A stretch of 63,827 nt of DNA, the filler included, from Octopus bimaculoides (lineage: Eukaryota), in assembly GCF_001194135.2 (NCBI RefSeq). It is 7 parts of 7 records of this genome, joined end to end, with 100 filler letters (N's around TTAATTAATTAA, not from the genome) between each part and the next. Parts side by side here need not be neighbours in the genome. Positions count along the whole stretch, not along the records: positions 1 to 11,491 come from NC_068999.1; positions 11,592 to 30,967 come from NC_068986.1; 5 more parts are not named here. One strand, 5' to 3'. Positions 1 to 14,009 of this stretch are shown here, in pieces. The notes under the pieces are model-generated. The model made no database searches. It saw only the letters and a list, made by a program, of their open reading frames with translations, and had not been told where the DNA came from. The position numbers and the translations under genes were made by a program. Numbering within the stretch: position 1 is the stretch's first letter; each line of letters starts with the position of its first letter.

Positions 1-35
<35 letters not shown>

Positions 36-3000
36 CAGATATATGCATAGGTGTGTATGTGTGTTCATGTGTGTGCAAGAAAACCTGTACTTCTTTGCAT
101 AGATGCATGTGTACATTTCATATAATCACATACATGCATACACTGAAACCTGCAAACACGTTTGCATATAAACACACAAACACACATACGAACGCACATA
201 CACACACGTCCGCACACATATATGCGCTCACGCTTAGTAAGACATTCAGTGATATATCCTTACAAATGTTAAAAGATAAGCTATGTGATGTATGAGTTTC
301 TTTTCTGTTTGAAATAATTCCGATAAATTAATTAATGTCTAAGTCGATGAAATCATTTGTAATTCTTTTTAATTTAATTAGCAGGAAATACTAAATGTTT
401 ATTTAAACATTGCAGATGTGCAAATGCAGTTTACGTGCTTCATAACTCGTATTGTTTTTTTGTAACTGAAAATTAAATTTTCGATAGTGTTATTTAGATT
501 TTTCAGATTATTATAAAATTTATGTTTATTCTTTTACAAACTTCATATGATATTTATAAAAGAATAGTTTCTAACACGTATAATATTTGCTTATTTTTTT
601 TACTCTGGGAAGTGATGTATATTTTTAAATATGTATTCGGTTTTGAAATATTTTAATAATATTCTTTATATACATTTGTATGAGTGTGTGTGTTAGTAGG
701 TGCATGCGTGTTTTTTTGTACGTATATGTGTTTGTGTGTGTGTGTGTGTGTGTGTACATGTATTTATATATGTATAGGGATACATATGTATGTGATTAAT
801 GCACCTATAAATAAATACANNNNNNNNNNNNNNNNNNNNNNNNNNNNNNNNNNNNNNNNNNNNNNNNNNNNNNNNNNNNNNNNNNNNNNNNNNNNNNNNN
901 NNNNNNNNNNNNNNNNNNNNNNNNNNNNNNNNNNNNNNNNNNNNNNNNNNNNNNNNNNNNNNNNNNNNNNNNNNNNNNNNNNNNNNNNNNNNNNNNNNNN
1001 NNNNNNNNNNNNNNNNNNNNNNNNNNNNNNNNNNNNNNNNNNNNNNNNNNNNNNNNNNNNNNNNNNNNNNNNNNNNNNNNNNNNNNNNNNNNNNNNNNNN
1101 NNNNNNNNNNNNNNNNNNNNNNNNNNNNNNNNNNNNNNNNNNNNNNNNNNNNNNNNNNNNNNNNNNNNNNNNNNNNNNNNNNNNNNNNNNNNNNNNNNNN
1201 NNNNNNNNNNNNNNNNNNNNNNNNNNNNNNNNNNNNNNNNNNNNNNNNNNNNNNNNNNNNNNNNNNNNNNNNNNNNNNNNNNNNNNNNNNNNNNNNNNNN
1301 NNNNNNNNNNNNNNNNNNNNNNNNNNNNNNNNNNNNNNNNNNNNNNNNNNNNNNNNNNNNNNNNNNNNNNNNNNNNNNNNNNNNNNNNNNNNNNNNNNNN
1401 NNNNNNNNNNNNNNNNNNNNNNNNNNNNNNNNNNNNNNNNNNNNNNNNNNNNNNNNNNNNNNNNNNNNNNNNNNNNNNNNNNNNNNNNNGGCCCTATTCT
1501 CCAGCGGTGGGTCATCTTTCTGACCCCAATTCCTTTTAGGATGAACTTTCTCAGCACGTATGCCTAACCTTCTAAATAAGGAGCCTCATCACATAACTAG
1601 CACAGGGCCTCATTCGTCATAAATCCGGCACTTCACATACCTACTCTTATACTAAATCATTCGAATACACACACGCACTCATACTCTCTCTTACACACAG
1701 ATATAAACACATACACTCATAAACATGTACACATTCGCTCACACACGCACTGATGCACTCATATTCACATGTACACAGATGCATATTGTAAGTTATAGTT
1801 TGAGAGTTTGTGATAGAGAAACACTTCATAAGGAAAATTTTCTTAGCCAACATGTAGTGATTCGTGAATATTCCCTCGCTTCTTTTGTTCACATGCTAGA
1901 AATCCAAATCCCTCCATCATCTAACTTGGCCAGTCATAGTATTTCTTTACATCATTAATTTTAAGCATATAGCATACACAATACTCTTCCATGTTTTTGT
2001 TTACATGTTGATTCCTTTCAAAATCTATACATACAGTTGTATAAATATGCATTATACAATGACGTCTTGGAACCCTATAACATAAATTTGACACAGGTCA
2101 ACAACAATTCCTTTTATTTTCCTCTCTGATGATGAAAAGCAATTGATGTGCTTTTCTCCTTCCTCGATAAAGAGTAAGACATTAAAAATACATGTTACCC
2201 GCTCTTCACAACATTCGACCATGTTGGCAATTTTCTTACCTTGCGAAAGGCCTTCAATATATTCTCTTTATTGCAGATTTAATATATTAGGATATTCTTA
2301 AACACAATGTAAATAAAGTCTGATATTTCACAACATACTTGTGAGACAACTGAGGTGATATAAAACCGTTTGTGGAAAATACAAGTATAAACTAGCAATG
2401 ATAGAACATACATAAACTGTTATTATTTAAACTTTTATTATTGGGGGTTAGTATTTTGCTCGCATCAAATAGGTTCTGCACACAAGCATCAAATAGTGAA
2501 GGCTGAAGTGAAATTAGTATTTTGTGTGTTTATTTCCATGGCGAATATGTTTCCTCTACTTTGTAATAATGTAATAGTTTAATTTACTATAACATTCTGC
2601 TGTCTTTATCTTTCTGACCTACTTCACTCTGGATAAGCAATATGATTAGCTATAATGAATCACATGTTTTCTAGCCAGAAGTGAATCTTTTTTTTTTTTC
2701 ATAAGATGTTATATTGTAATATGATAATTCGTAGACTGCCACCTCTAGCGAAATAGAATGATCACTGTCTCGTTACACTTCAGCGGCTCCAATGGTTTGA
2801 CTATTGATGTAGTATATATTTCGATGCATCTTCTTTTCCCGAAGTATATAAAAAATTGCTTTTTTAAAATGTTAAGGAGATAATAAAATCGCGTTTATAA
2901 GTTTACAATATCTGGCATTTATTTGGATGAGGTGTTTTGCCATTGAAAAACAGAATATTTTTTCTTGAAAAGATTGATATTAGATTAAAATAATTCCTGA

Positions 3001-3839
3001 CTGTGATTATTTTCCACTTAACATATTCACTTGCAATTAGTAACGATTTTGTTCACCTCAAAAGCTAACCATATTAGCTCAGATTTGTCCATGAAAGATA
3101 AACTTGTGAGATATGGTTTCACATCTAGTATTAAACAGAGGTTAAAGAAACGTTGAATTATAGTATAAAGAAACATTTAACAAATGTAATCTAAATGCTT
3201 TAAATAATGTGTGTTGTGATTTAGCATTTAAACCATAAATGTATAAGAACTATCTATCGAAATAATTTACTGAATATCATAAAAGTTTAGGCATATGAAT
3301 AAATATTTCCCAAATATAACTACGACTTATGGTGAAAATATTAACTAATAATTACGATGGGAAGCAATGATACATAAAAACCCCGATATACAGACATTAT
3401 ATAGTAACCATAAAAGCAAAACGCAATTTTTAACTTTCCCCGGTAGTGATATAGTCAAATAGAAGTATAGTGATTATGAATGATGTTGTTTCAAACACAC
3501 ATTTAAACACATTTGGTTCAAGCCAAAAGCAATCTGATTCGACCATTCATTAGAATATTATATAAAGAAACTTCATGTAGGTTAACACATATAGACACTC
3601 AGCCCGCACATATCAAAGCGGGCAACATCATACAGTAGATCAAACGCATACTCAATATGTATATGCATTTGTATGTATGCATAGATTTATTTGTACCCAT
3701 AGCGTTATAGATACAGATGTATGTGTGTGCGCGTCTGCGAGATTGTGAGTTCGTGCTCGTACGCGTGTGCAAGTGAAATAGATATTTGTATATACACACA
3801 TGCATACACACACACACGCACACACAAACACACACACAT

Positions 3840-3870
<31 letters not shown>

Positions 3871-4278
3871 ATATAGATTTAATCAAAAAGATTAAATGTG
3901 GTACTTAAAATGTTTGAGGCACCAGAATTTNNNNNNNNNNNNNNNNNNNNNNNNNNNNNNNNNNNNNNNNNNNNNNNNNNNNNNNNNNNNNNNNNNNNNN
4001 NNNNNNNNNNNNNNNNNNNNNNNNNNNNNNNNNNNNNNNNNNNNNNNNNNNNNNNNNNNNNNNNNNNNNNNNNNNNNNNNNNNNNNNNNNNNNNNNNNNN
4101 NNNNNNNNNNNNNNNNNNNNNNNNNNNNNNNNNNNNNNNNNNNNNNNNNNNNNNNNNNNNNNNNNNNNNNNNNNNNNNNNNNNNNNNNNNNNNNNNNNNN
4201 NNNNNNNNNNNNNNNNNNNNNNNNNNNNNNNNNNNNNNNNNNNNNNNNNNNNNNNNNNNNNNNNNNNNNNNNNNNNNN

Positions 4279-4317
<39 letters not shown>

Positions 4318-6632
4318 TATGTAATATTACTCACTGAAATTCCAGCTGTCTGATTTTCTCGTTTTATTTACAATCTTATAATATAGTATAAGATAATAAA
4401 TGTAAATTCTGAATAAACTAGAACTTTCACGCATTAAACTATACAATCTCCACGTTTATGTAGAAGTGATGACAGTTATGTTCTACAATTTACAACTATA
4501 GTGAGATAGATAAGCTGTGCCTTAAATTCATTTTTATATGCTCCAGAATGCTATTTTTTGCAAACTGTTTTCTGACCAACCAGCGTGTGATTTTGATAAA
4601 CTCTTTAAATTGATTGGTGTTTGGTTTCGGCCTGTATTTTAATCCTGGCCAAAGCAGTAATTGTTGGGCTATATTTAGAAATGTTTTAAACATCATTTCC
4701 CAGGGATTTTTGCATTTCAATTTTCATCAACATCATTTATCATCACCTTTATTATTATTGTTTTTGTTGTTGATGTAGGCGTTGGTGGTGGTGAGAAAAG
4801 AACTGTATTATTGAATTCGAACCCAAGCTAAATTAACAATAACAATAATAATACTTCGGGGTAATATTTCTTCGGCTACGACCAATGCCACTAACAACAA
4901 TATTAAAGGTGCTCCTGATAACAAAGGCAGGGAAATACTAGCTAAGTGAAGAGAAAACTCCGCAAAAAAATCTTCTTTTGGGGTTTATACTTTTATTACC
5001 ACAGCTACTCCTATAACCACCACCAGCAACAACAACAACAGCGACAACAATAATAAAGGAGATGATAAAGGTGATGATGACATATGAAATGTAAAAGTCC
5101 CTGCAAAATGTTGTTTACAACATTTCTAAAAATAGCTCAATAATTACTGCTTTGACCAGGGTCAAAATATAGGTCTCTTGACATGTTCAACAAATCGTGA
5201 CGCCAATCGACTTAAAGAACTTAGTAAGNNNNNNNNNNNNNNNNNNNNNNNNNNNNNNNNNNNNNNNNNNNNNNNNNNNNNNNNNNNNNNNNNNNNNNNN
5301 NNNNNNNNNNNNNNNNNNNNNNNNNNNNNNNNNNNNNNNNNNNNNNNNNNNNNNNNNNNNNNNNNNNNNNNNNNNNNNNNNNNNNNNNNNNNNNNNNNNN
5401 NNNNNNNNNNNNNNNNNNNNNNNNNNTCTTGACATGTTCAACAAATCGTGACGCCAATCGACTTAAAGAACTTAGTAAGCGCCAATGTTAGAATGGTGGC
5501 AGCTGATGAAGGCAATGTTCCCTATGTGGCCTGTGTGTTTTCTGTACTTATCATTTTGTCTACGTTTTGTTTCCAATGTCCTGTACCCAGATATGCATCT
5601 ATATATACATGTAGATGTTGGTATGTACATACATGTACGTATATATGCATATACTCATTTATTATTTGTATTAGTATAACTACACACTGGTTGGTCAGAA
5701 TGCTGCTTGCAACAATTAGCATTCTGGAGCATATACAAATGTATTTAAGGCACTCAGTTTAGCTATCGCATTATAGATGAAAATTGTAAAACATAACTGT
5801 CTCCATTTCTACATGAACCTGAAAATTACATAGTATAATGCTTGAAAGTTCTAGTTCAATCAGAATGGACATTCAATATTCTATCGCTTGATTATATTAT
5901 ATTATCTTATCCTATATTATTATAAAATTATACATAAAACGTGAAATCAATGTTGGACTTCTTTAAGTAATATATTCTTCTATACACAATATATATATGT
6001 GTTTCTGTGTGTGTGTGCGTGTGTGTGTGTGTGTGAGTGTGTGTGTATGTACATATATACATACATACACATATATGTGTGTGTGTGTGTGTGCGTGCGT
6101 GCAATGGACTCTCCCGTCGTAAGACGACGTATGATCGTTAAGTAATTTCTAGCCGAAAAACTTGACATATGATGTACTTATAATGATGAAATATTTGTGT
6201 ACACAGAAGGTCCCTCTCTCCATTAAATCGACCGTACATGTGCAGGTGCATCGTGTGCCGCTTATCATGTGGAAAAATGGTGGCAAAACAACGTAAAATG
6301 ATAAGCTTTGCTCACGAACACAACGCAACGCCCAGTCTGGGTATTAAACACACGATCTTTCAATCGTGAGTGCTACACCCTAACCACTAAGCTATAGTAA
6401 TACATAGACACACACACACACACATACGCAGATATATAGAAGCTGCCAGGTGCATATGAGTGTATGCGTGGGAGTTGGTTGTTAGTATTTATATTAATGT
6501 CTGTATATCGGAATTATATTTCCTTTCAAATAAATTTCATCACAATTCGTGTTTAAAATTTTCTTGGCGATACATTTTTCACTTAGCTTTGTTAGTATAT
6601 AAATCTGTAATTGCTATAACGTTTCAAATGAT

Positions 6633-7309
6633 GGATCTAGTTCAAAACGGGGGCACCCGTTTTCATTTATGTTTTATGTAGCGTTTTTGGTACCGAAAGA
6701 CTTTCAAACTTCGTATACTTATCTATTTTGTATTATAGAACAGAAAAAAAAAAATTCGTATTCGAATTAATTTCATGTAAAAAATTGTCTTATTTCGATA
6801 ATTTCAACCAATCACTGACAAGTATTCAGCTGTTTATAGTTACTCCTTTGGCAGTTTAAGCGGTGTAAAGCGTATTTAATCTCCATTATTTCTGACATTT
6901 TGCAGAGAGGCAACACACGTGTGTTCGTTTTCCCTAACCCTAACCCTAATTAACTTGCTCCTTCCCTCAAAGACCAGGCCTTGTGCCTATAATAGAAAGG
7001 TTTATTGGCTACTGCCAATATGCTTCACCCATTTTTTGACAAGGAAATAATAATGTTATCACCGCCAGAATCGTTTGAGAATCGTTTGTTTACGTAGTCA
7101 GCACTTAATGTATTCGGCTGAATGGACGTCAGTCATTGGTTGAAATTAGAGAAATACGACAACTTTAACATGAAATAATTTGCAATATAATAATTTTTCT
7201 TAAGAAGACTAAGAGAAAAAGATGTTTTATATGACACATTCTACCAGTGTCCTAAGTTTCAAAGTGTTTCGTTAAGAAAATCCTGGTGCCCCCGTTTTGA
7301 ACTAGATCC
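6633..7309. mobile_element. Non-autonomous DNA transposon (MITE), Merlin-like
   Basis: 25-bp perfect TIR GGATCTAGTTCAAAACGGGGGCACC (6633-6657) and its reverse complement (7285-7309); flanking 8-mers CAAATGAT and CAAATTAT match 7/8 (TSD); GG termini plus 8-bp TSD fit Merlin; a SINE 3' remnant lies inside at ~6960-7005. Confidence 0.8.
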
Positions 7310-7849
7310 CAAATTATATTTACAATAATTCTTTGAACACATTGTGATAGTTGTGCTCTATGGAGACGCATTTTTTTTTTCTTTTTCGGTTTTAGCTATT
7401 TATTTCTTAATTTATCATCGTAAGACTCAATATAACGTCCGAATGATGAACGCAATAAAACGGCCATAGCACGGTTTAACTTTTATCAGACTTTAATTCA
7501 AGCTTGTGGGCGTACATGTTTTTCAAATGTCACGTGTTGTGTATCTTTTTATTTTCCTATTGAGAAAGTTTCCCTATATAAATTTCTAGCTGTTTCATTG
7601 CATTCTGTAGATACGATTATTTCTATCAGCTAACATTAATTTCATATTTTGTTTCGTTTTATATAACACAATATGTAATAATTGCATCTATATTTAAATG
7701 GAATTTTAATGGATAATAAACGTGTGTGTAGCTGATGGACATATTTCAGTTAAGAAGTTTAGAACTCTCATATATATATCAAATATTTATATTACTTTCG
7801 CATTGTAACATTCGATTTTTGCTACTGTGATTTTTTCTAGAGATTTTCA

Positions 7850-9290
7850 CAATGGTAACTGTTGACACGTTCTAAATGTTAGAGATGTTTTACTAAACTG
7901 CATATGTGTTGGATATTTCATTTTACTGATGGTTGTAGTTGCTATACTTCTGTGAGTCTTTATTTTACAGGTCAATCTCATAACAACTTAGAATACATCA
8001 CACATCTATGGCTTCTACTATATTTTGGGTTCGTATTCCTTTTTCCTTGGGATTATGATTCCAACGGATTTCATTATAGATTGTCCTAACTACAACGTCA
8101 TGTCACATTGGTAGATAATACCGTGATGACATTTTCGGACAATTGCTTGTGATATGGATAATACTGTCAGTGTGAACACCACAGAGTCTGCATCGGCTGT
8201 GACACTTTACGGCTTTACCTGCATCTCTATCTCTATTATATATGAGATACTTATTTGATATTTCCTGTTCCTCGACTGCAAACGCATACCCTTCAAAGTG
8301 GGAGTTAGTACTGCGGCTATGGTCCATGATAAACTGTTTACTGTTTTGATGATCGATGTTATTATCATCACGGGGCTGTGTAGTAACATACCCATGCATA
8401 GTCTTCTGCTCATATAGGCCCATCCTTTCATCTGATGATACGTTGCGGCAGAGTCGAGCGACTTCTTTGCGTATGTATTCTAGTTTATCAGACAAAGAGT
8501 GTTGCTCAAATCTTATGATGTTATCAACCTCATGCATGCAGTCTTGGTCAAGGGATGCACGTCGACGTTTGGTGGGTAAAAGATGTTGACGAAGGGATAT
8601 GACGTGGCATTCAAAGGCATTTTGGATCGATGCTCAGCCTATTCCTCCTTGTTTTCGTTTTAGGTTGAGGCGGTCTACATCACTGTGTATGTGGACATTA
8701 TGCGTGCTTGTTTGTATTTTTAGGGTTTTCACATCACGCGTCCAATCAAGCAGCCCAAATGTTCGTATGAGTACTAGCACAGCAAACACATAGTGGGTCA
8801 CTGTTGTATTGAATGCAGAGTGTTGTAAGGTCCAAATGTTCTTTATTCGGCTCTCATATTCCTTACTGACGCGTGTTTTGTTACAGGTGCCACTGTAATA
8901 TATGTGTTCATCCCCTCCTAGATACCGGTAACATTCCTCGTCAGATACAGAGGAAGTAGTCAAATCATTAATGAAGATGTTACTAGTCTGGATTATAATT
9001 TTCCCCATTTTCACAACCATAAAACGATATTTATCTTGACCAAATTCCAATTCTACATTCTTTGAGAATGTTGTAACTAGGCCAAAGCTCTTTTTCGTCT
9101 CATGCATATTCTATGCATAAAGTTTTAAGGCATCCAAAAATAATCAGTGTGTAAATTTGGTATTTCTCTTTCCTTGTGACCCGGTGAGACAATATTCAGA
9201 CCTCTTTAACACGAATAACAAGGGGATTACAGAAAATATAAACAATATCACAGAGATGCTGTCTCCTTGAGATATTACTTTGCGATACTT
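7850..9290 (-). mobile_element. R4/Dong-type RLE non-LTR retrotransposon relic (RT C-terminus plus CCHC knuckle), frameshifted
   Basis: Minus-strand ORFs 8634-9107 (ELEFGQDKY...CYRYLGG) and 8103-8537 (HFEGYAFAVEEQEI...CRLCGVHTDSIIHITSNCP) match the post-RT region and zinc knuckle of RLE elements; split by stops and frameshifts. Confidence 0.85.
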
Positions 9291-9429
9291 TATTCTATCT
9301 GTGATAATACATACGTATGTATGTATGAATGTATGGATAAATAGATGGATGGTTGGATGGATAGATGGATGTGCGTACGTATGTACGTATGCATGCATGT
9401 ATGTATGTATGTATGTAAAACGGTAAAAG

Positions 9430-9620
9430 TGTTTTCGCACCAAATGTATATCCACTTTCAACTGTATATCCACTTCCAGCTTCTAATTTTACCAGTATTC
9501 GCAAGCCTGGTTTCACCTAAAACTGCAATATTAATTCTATAGGAGCTGATTACTTTTGCAACTAGTGTTGTTTCCCGTTCTAGATTGTCTTTGCTGTCTT
9601 GTAAACTTCTTACGCTCTAA
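9430..9620 (-). mobile_element. RTE-type LINE apurinic endonuclease N-terminal fragment
   Basis: Manual translation LERETTLVAKVISSYRINIAVLGETRLANTG, then a frameshift to GSGYT; resembles the RTE/BovB endonuclease start (ERRTALVARELARYNIDIAALSETR...GYTF). Confidence 0.65.
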
Positions 9621-11459
9621 CAATCTACTATTAGCACATTATAATTACTTGAAAATAACTTTAAGCCGAGCATAAGGTATAGCGATGGGGAAAGATGGAA
9701 AGAGATGCATGACTCCTAATATTTTATATATTGTCTATATTGTTTGAACTAAGAACGAAAGCGTTTATTATTACATACCTCTCGTACTAATATCATTCCA
9801 TATTTAGAGATGTTTTTCATAAGCTGTTCAAATGAAATCTTTTCAGGATGGTATTACACTTCCAGGAATATACTAGCTGAAGATTTATAGTGTGGAGTCA
9901 GTATTTCATTGTACGTCATAAATATCACGCGATGGATATTTAGCTCACGATGAAAGTTTAAGGGATTTAATTTCCCCTGTACAAAATGAAGAATATAAGA
10001 CATTTTATTGGCGTGAATAGAGACAAGAAACTTGAGAGTATGTGTGCGGTTTGCGTAGAAAATTATCATTTTGTGTGATATAGAAGTAATTGCGGTGAAA
10101 TGTGTTGGTGGTTATAGTAAGGTTTGCCAAGCTTAATTTGGCATGTCGTTCCAAACATGATCATCCTGAACTGTCTTGATATTTTTCCTATTATATATGC
10201 AAACTACTATACCAACTAATATGTTTAGAAAACCCCTATCCTTTACAATGTACGGTACACATTTTGCAAGTTAGGGCTTTTTGTAACAGAAATGTTGAGC
10301 ATATAGAATAACACTGGTTACTCTGAGATGCAAATTTATTGAAGAAGCGACCAAAATGAAGTGGATGCAATGATGGCAATTAATCAAGGTAGCTGCATTG
10401 CAATTCAGGATTTCATTAATGTACTGCTGAGGGACAATTTGTGTTCGGAACATGTAATCAGTATCTCTAGCTGAATATGCTATCGCATAACCTGATTTAA
10501 TGGAGTGCCAGAGTCAATACGAGGCAAAATATTTGAAAACTCTAACGATACCCACGTATCCTTAATTAACTATTTGTCACCTTACAATGTTCTTCAATTG
10601 TCTTTAAGTTGATATTGTGTTTGATTTTAATAATATTCAATGCGTATTTCTAACAAATCGGTCGACTCAAACAGTTCTTCCTCACTGATTTGTCGTAATA
10701 CGGTAACAAGTGCGAATGACATCTATTCATTTTCAACATATATATAAGTGTGATTTTCCATCAAGTCTCGTTCTGCTTCCTCTTGAAAGATAAAGTCATA
10801 GATCAGCGACTAGATACATTATTTATGAAATATTATTTTGTTTTCTTCATTCAATAATGACGTGTGGAATATTGCTATCTTTGATCTTCTTTTCACGCGT
10901 TATTTAACACCGAAGAAAAATATTTTTCATATAATAAAGAGAATCCGATATGAGATATATTTTATATTTCATTTCTATTAATTTAATACGTTAATACCTT
11001 ATATAATTCCAATATTTTCTATATTTCTATATTTTAAATGTCATTTTAACACGCAAGGTAAAATTTTAGAAATCATATAGTTATTCAACGTATAGTAGTC
11101 TTTCGTCAGTTTAATATTTATTTGAACACATATTACTTCCTCTGAAACAGTCATGGCCGATCACTTTTAAATGACTGAACTATCTTCATTGATATCTCTT
11201 CGGAATAGAATTTATCAAAGCATGACTGTCATAAAATTAGTTTTAGTCAATAATATATTTTTAAATGTTACATGAGTCAATTTACATGCATAATTAGCCG
11301 TTCAATGTGTATTGGAATGACCTTTGTTCGCACATACCTATTTTGGCTTCTGCACTCTTTACTATGCACTATAATTATTTTAGCATGTGTATCAGGAGAG
11401 GTAAGGCAAGCATGCCTCCAACTAATATTGGTATGATGCCAAATATGAGGTTTATAGGG

Positions 11460-11491
<32 letters not shown>

Positions 11492-11591
11492 NNNNNNNNN
11501 NNNNNNNNNNNNNNNNNNNNNNNNNNNNNNNNNNNTTAATTAATTAANNNNNNNNNNNNNNNNNNNNNNNNNNNNNNNNNNNNNNNNNNNN
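11492..11591. other. Artificial assembly spacer (44 N + TTAATTAATTAA + 44 N)
   Basis: Exactly 100 bp; the 12-mer gives stops in all six frames; the same geometry occurs six times. Confidence 0.95.
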
Positions 11592-11640
<49 letters not shown>

Positions 11641-11700
11641 AATAAAATGCGACTACAAAACCAAGGCGGAATTTATAGGGCATTTATAAAGAGAAAGTTA

Positions 11701-11750
11701 GTCATACAGCTGTTTCTGGGATATCAGGGATATCCCTTCATCAGACAAAA
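11701..11750 (-). ncRNA. Hammerhead ribozyme-like motif (Penelope pLTR type)
   Basis: Minus strand CTGATGA-A-GGGATAT-ccctg-ATATCCC-A-GAAA-CAGCTG-TA; 7-bp stem II, palindromic ACAGCTGT stem III, GUA triplet; stem I is poor in this copy. Confidence 0.55.
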
Positions 11751-13411
11751 TATGAGAGAGTTAACTATAGGGAAATAGTAAGGTACAATATAAAGTGTTA
11801 TTTTGAAAAATCTGAATGAGATAAGTCCTTTTATGTGTAGAAACCAGCAAACAAATTATTTGTTGGTTCGTCCTGATGTCTGCAAAACCGATAGCAATTC
11901 ATTAAGTGCGTGGAAAATAGTGAGAATGTAAACAATAATGAATTACTTCACGTTCTTTAGGTTCTGGCAGGTTCGATTCGAACTTGAATTTATTTGGCGC
12001 TTTTGTATTTCGTCTTAGGGAACAACACACTGTAGACTGTGTGTTCACAGTATATGCAATCCACTGAGTTAGTGCTTTGAGATACCGTAGTGTTTCGCCT
12101 AATCGTATCAATAAATCTAAATTAGAACAGTGGTCCTTGTGTCTAGACATTAACAACTAAATTATTTCTTGATACGTCTAATGATTGCGAAATCAGTTGA
12201 GAAATATATGTTCAAAATCTGAATAATTTCAGCTGCTGAAATTAGTCTGAGAAATACCACTCTGTCAATAGTTTGACTTGCACAATATGCATTACATTAG
12301 GAGACAGGTCTTAACAAGGTTGTTTCAATTTAGGAATCGCAGTTAGAGTTAATTCAATTGCATTTGTTATGGGTTGCATCACCATGAGCTTCTGTTAGGT
12401 TTGAGTGTCACATAACCGTTTGTTATACGGCACTGGAAAGCATTAAATGTTTGCGGTTGAAATCATGTATATACTAAAAGAAACAGCGGCCGAAAGGAAT
12501 TAGCTACAATGATATGACTAATTAAATGCTTGAGAAATGCAAGCAATGTTGTTAAAACTTGAGATTTAGATTAAATTATTTTGAATACCGTTATGGACAT
12601 GTAATTATAAGTTACATACATATAAACGTGGTTTAGCTTTTTGCATTAGATGCAGATTCTCATTCCAATGTCCGTTGTCTTCAAGTAAACGATTTCATTT
12701 CTTTATTCCATATATGTGTGTGTGTGTGTGTGTTTGTGTGTGTGTGTAGGTGTATATATATATATATNNNNNNNNNNNNNNNNNNNNNNNNNNNNNNNNN
12801 NNNNNNNNNNNNNNNNNNNNNNNNNNNNNNNNNNNNNNNNNNNNNNNNNNNNNNNNNNNNNNNNNNNNNNNNNNNNNNNNNNNNNNNNNNNNNNNNNNNN
12901 NNNNNNNNNNNNNNNNNNNNNNNNNNNNNNNNNNNNNNNNNNNNNNNNNNNNNNNNNNNNNNNNNNNNNNNNNNNNNNNNNNNNNNNNNNNNNNNNNNNN
13001 NNNNNNNNNNNNNNNNNNNNNNNNNNNNNNNNNNNNNNNNNNNNNNNNNNNNNNNNNNNNNNNNNNNNNNNNNNNNNNNNNNNNNNNNNNNNNNNNNNNN
13101 NNNNNNNNNNNNNNNNNNNNNNNNNNNNNNNNNNNNNNNNNNNNNNNNNNNNNNNNNNNNNNNNNNNNNNNNNNNNNNNNNNNNNNNNNNNNNNNNNNNN
13201 NNNNNNNNNNNNNNNNNNNNNNNNNNNNNNNNNNNNNNNNNNNNNNNNNNNNNNNNNNNNNNNNNNNNNNNNNNNNNNNNNNNNNNNNNNNNNNNNNNNN
13301 NNNNNNNNNNNNNNNNNNNNNNNNNNNNNNNNNNNNNNNNNNNNNNNNNNNNNNNNNNNNNNNNNNNNNNNNNNNNNNNNNNNNNNNNNNNNNNNNNNNN
13401 NNNNNNNNNNN

Positions 13412-13467
<56 letters not shown>

Positions 13468-14009
13468 TGGTAACTCTGGCAAATGTCTGATGGATATTTA
13501 GTAACCTTCAATTTGAAAATGTCTTAGCGGTGGATGTGATTACTGGTCGTTGTGCCGAAAGAAAATCTGAAAAATTTTGTATTTGGTAAATGTTAACTCT
13601 ATTCAGTAATTTATTCCTAGTGTTTTTAAATGTTTAAGGCTACTTTTTATGCCGTATTTGTATCGATCAGACACAGTGGAATAATGTTTCATATTCAAAT
13701 ATGCAGATAGACATCGCCTGGTATTGTCCAATTTTCCTAACGCTAGTGAAATTAAGACGAATTACTATCGATAGTATATATAATATTAATTGTAATATCT
13801 TTAGTTTTCTTAAGTTGGTCGCTGGTACATTTGCACTGATAGTATATTGAGGTTAAGCTATTATAACTTTTGACATTCGTTCAGTTTGTGGCCATGGTAT
13901 AAATTATTTAGTGTATAACTTCTAAAAATATATTTTCGTGTGTGTACGTACGTAAAGTTTTGTATATTATAAGAGTAATTAATTATATTTTTCTTTCTTT
14001 TATTTTGGA

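Noticed and set aside
2235-2420. Minus-strand AAG|GTAAG donor at 2235-2240
   Set aside because: All three upstream frames hit stops within ~40 nt of the donor, and there is no clear acceptor.
5176-5479. 53-bp exact direct repeat on both sides of a gap (5176-5228 and 5427-5479)
   Set aside because: Typical unmerged contig overlap across a gap; no evidence of a real duplication.
5503-5540. CTGATGAAGGC as a hammerhead core
   Set aside because: No GAAA or cleavage triplet follows.
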